A stretch of DNA of 64,000 bases from a virus. Positions 62,851 through 64,000 of this stretch are shown one piece after another. The position numbers were made by a program, and so were the translations under genes. The number at the start of each line of letters is the position of its first letter. The first letter of the stretch is position 1. Location of the stretch: positions 62,473 to 126,472 of IMG/VR virus record IMGVR_UViG_3300033148_004740; one strand, 5' to 3'. The notes below the pieces were generated by a model. That model saw nothing but the letters and a program-made list of their open reading frames with translations, did not search any database and was not told where the DNA came from.

Positions 62851-63998
62851 TAGCCATGCCTCCCTCTACTGAGTCCTTGGACTAGTCCATCGGTACTCTC
62901 TCTAAAGGATCGTTGCTGAGGCCCCATCATTACAGGAGCTGGCCCAACCTGACCTGTTGGAGCATAGTTTCCTCGAGACATGAAGTCAGTCGCTGCCATC
63001 TGTGCATCATAGTTAGTATTCACCTGAGCTCCTTGTAAGGTAGGGGAGTCTGTGCCGCCTGAGGCAGAAAGCATACTGTACCCACCGTAGGCAGCTCCAG
63101 CTCCGCCTACTGTCATAAAGGGATGCTTGAGAGCAAAGCCAGCAGCTGTTCCAGCTGCATTAACGGCTCCAGCTCCGCCTCGAGCGGCAGAGCCAAGAAT
63201 ATTCGGTGCATTCATCACAGCCCCGGGAAGAAGTCTACCAGGATCATCCCAGGCTTTTTGTGCCCAGCCGCCAATCCCCTTCACTCCTTTCCAGGCTAAC
63301 TTCCCTGCCCCTACGGCCCCACCAGCGGTCCCCTTGAAGGCTATGCCAGCAGCATTAGCCAATGGGCTCTGGGCAAAGACGTTAGCATTGAACCGAGCAG
63401 CACCAGGGGATATAGGAGTTCCGGCCTGAGTTCGGAGAAGCCCAAGAGGCTCCTCTCCTACTGAAGGCTTTCTGAAACGCCCAGTGATAAACGACCGTGA
63501 CCGGCTGTTGGTATGACTGGGAAATGTGGCGGCTTTGCTAAAGCGTCCAGTGGTAAACACCCGAGCTCCTCTCTCAGGGACTTCGCTTCTGAGCATCGTA
63601 AGGTTAGGAGAGTCGAATGGAGCCATGACTACATCGTCAGTAACACTTGACGAGCTAAATGAGGCAGCTTCTTGTACTGGACGAAGAGAACTCTTTGTCT
63701 TCCAAGGCAAGGCTAAAGCTCTGCGTTGGCCAACAGCTCGATTTACCGCTAATCCAGCTCCTGCCATACCGACGCCGAGACCAATAGCTCCACCAGCAAT
63801 CGCTCCGCGAATACCAGACTGAGCTCGTAAGTTGAAGCTGTCATAATCGCTAGAGGCAAACCCGTAGGCACCTCCGACGCCTGCCCCGATTAGAGGAGAA
63901 GCTCCTCCTCTCAATAGCATCGAGCCGCCGGTACTCCATCCACTTTTAATGGCCCCTCCCTTAGTCAGAGCCTTTAATACTCCTGGTAGTAATGGCAT
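62850..63998 (-). CDS. Gly/Ala-rich membrane-type protein (putative ejection/pilot protein), at least 382 aa; start at the window edge
   Basis: LIGAGVGGAYGFA, GAIAGGAIGLGVGMAGAGL, KHPFMTVGGAGAAYGGYSML. The ATG is 2 nt from the window end, so it may be 5'-truncated. Confidence 0.6.
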   Translation of the reverse strand: MPLLPGVLKALTKGGAIKSGWSTGGSMLLRGGASPLIGAGVGGAYGFASSDYDSFNLRAQSGIRGAIAGGAIGLGVGMAGAGLAVNRAVGQRRALALPWKTKSSLRPVQEAASFSSSSVTDDVVMAPFDSPNLTMLRSEVPERGARVFTTGRFSKAATFPSHTNSRSRSFITGRFRKPSVGEEPLGLLRTQAGTPISPGAARFNANVFAQSPLANAAGIAFKGTAGGAVGAGKLAWKGVKGIGGWAQKAWDDPGRLLPGAVMNAPNILGSAARGGAGAVNAAGTAAGFALKHPFMTVGGAGAAYGGYSMLSASGGTDSPTLQGAQVNTNYDAQMAATDFMSRGNYAPTGQVGPAPVMMGPQQRSFRESTDGLVQGLSRGRHG

Positions 63999-64000
63999 GG

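Noticed and set aside
1-64000. Plus-strand ORFs and short nested minus-strand ORFs in the track
   Set aside because: All overlap long, SD-led, tightly tiled minus-strand genes and have no motifs; they are antisense or alternate-frame shadows.
1-64000. Stop-codon reassignment (TAG or TGA recoding), as in some large phages
   Set aside because: Genes tile almost without gaps under the standard code, and TAG serves as a true stop (e.g. 20570, 53879, 61930) followed immediately by the next gene.
1-64000. CRISPR arrays, tRNAs, IS elements
   Set aside because: No regularly spaced direct repeats; intergenic gaps are at most about 100 nt with no cloverleaf seen; no transposase or integrase motifs.

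Overview
The window is a gap-free, single-strand (minus) virion-morphogenesis operon of a large contractile-tailed phage (myovirus-type Caudoviricetes; roughly 45-50% GC in spot counts, strong AGGAG(G) Shine-Dalgarno sites, standard genetic code). In transcription order (64000 -> 1): three Gly/Ala-rich membrane-type proteins, terminase large subunit, two unknowns, portal (with MuF-like/Zn-ribbon extension), prohead protease/scaffold, decoration protein, major capsid protein, an accessory Ig/fibre cassette, neck proteins, sheath, three tube-fold paralogues, two tail-assembly chaperones, a tape-measure-like membrane protein, a 1433-aa protein, a hub/M23 peptidase fusion, spike, baseplate wedge and fibre genes. 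Main discovery: the 1433-aa protein between the tape-measure-like gene and the baseplate hub (20570..24871) carries, in colinear order, degenerate versions of most conserved bacterial RNA polymerase beta and then beta' motifs, including a variant catalytic triad DKDAD, a bridge helix and a trigger-loop His. It is therefore a candidate minimal single-chain two-barrel RNA polymerase with hydrophobic terminal segments, probably virion-packaged and ejected through the tail. A second signal is strong S-G (often V-S-G) enrichment in surface-exposed virion proteins, suggesting a modification sequon. All calls are by-eye motif recognition and gene order; no database searches were run, and reference motifs are quoted from memory.
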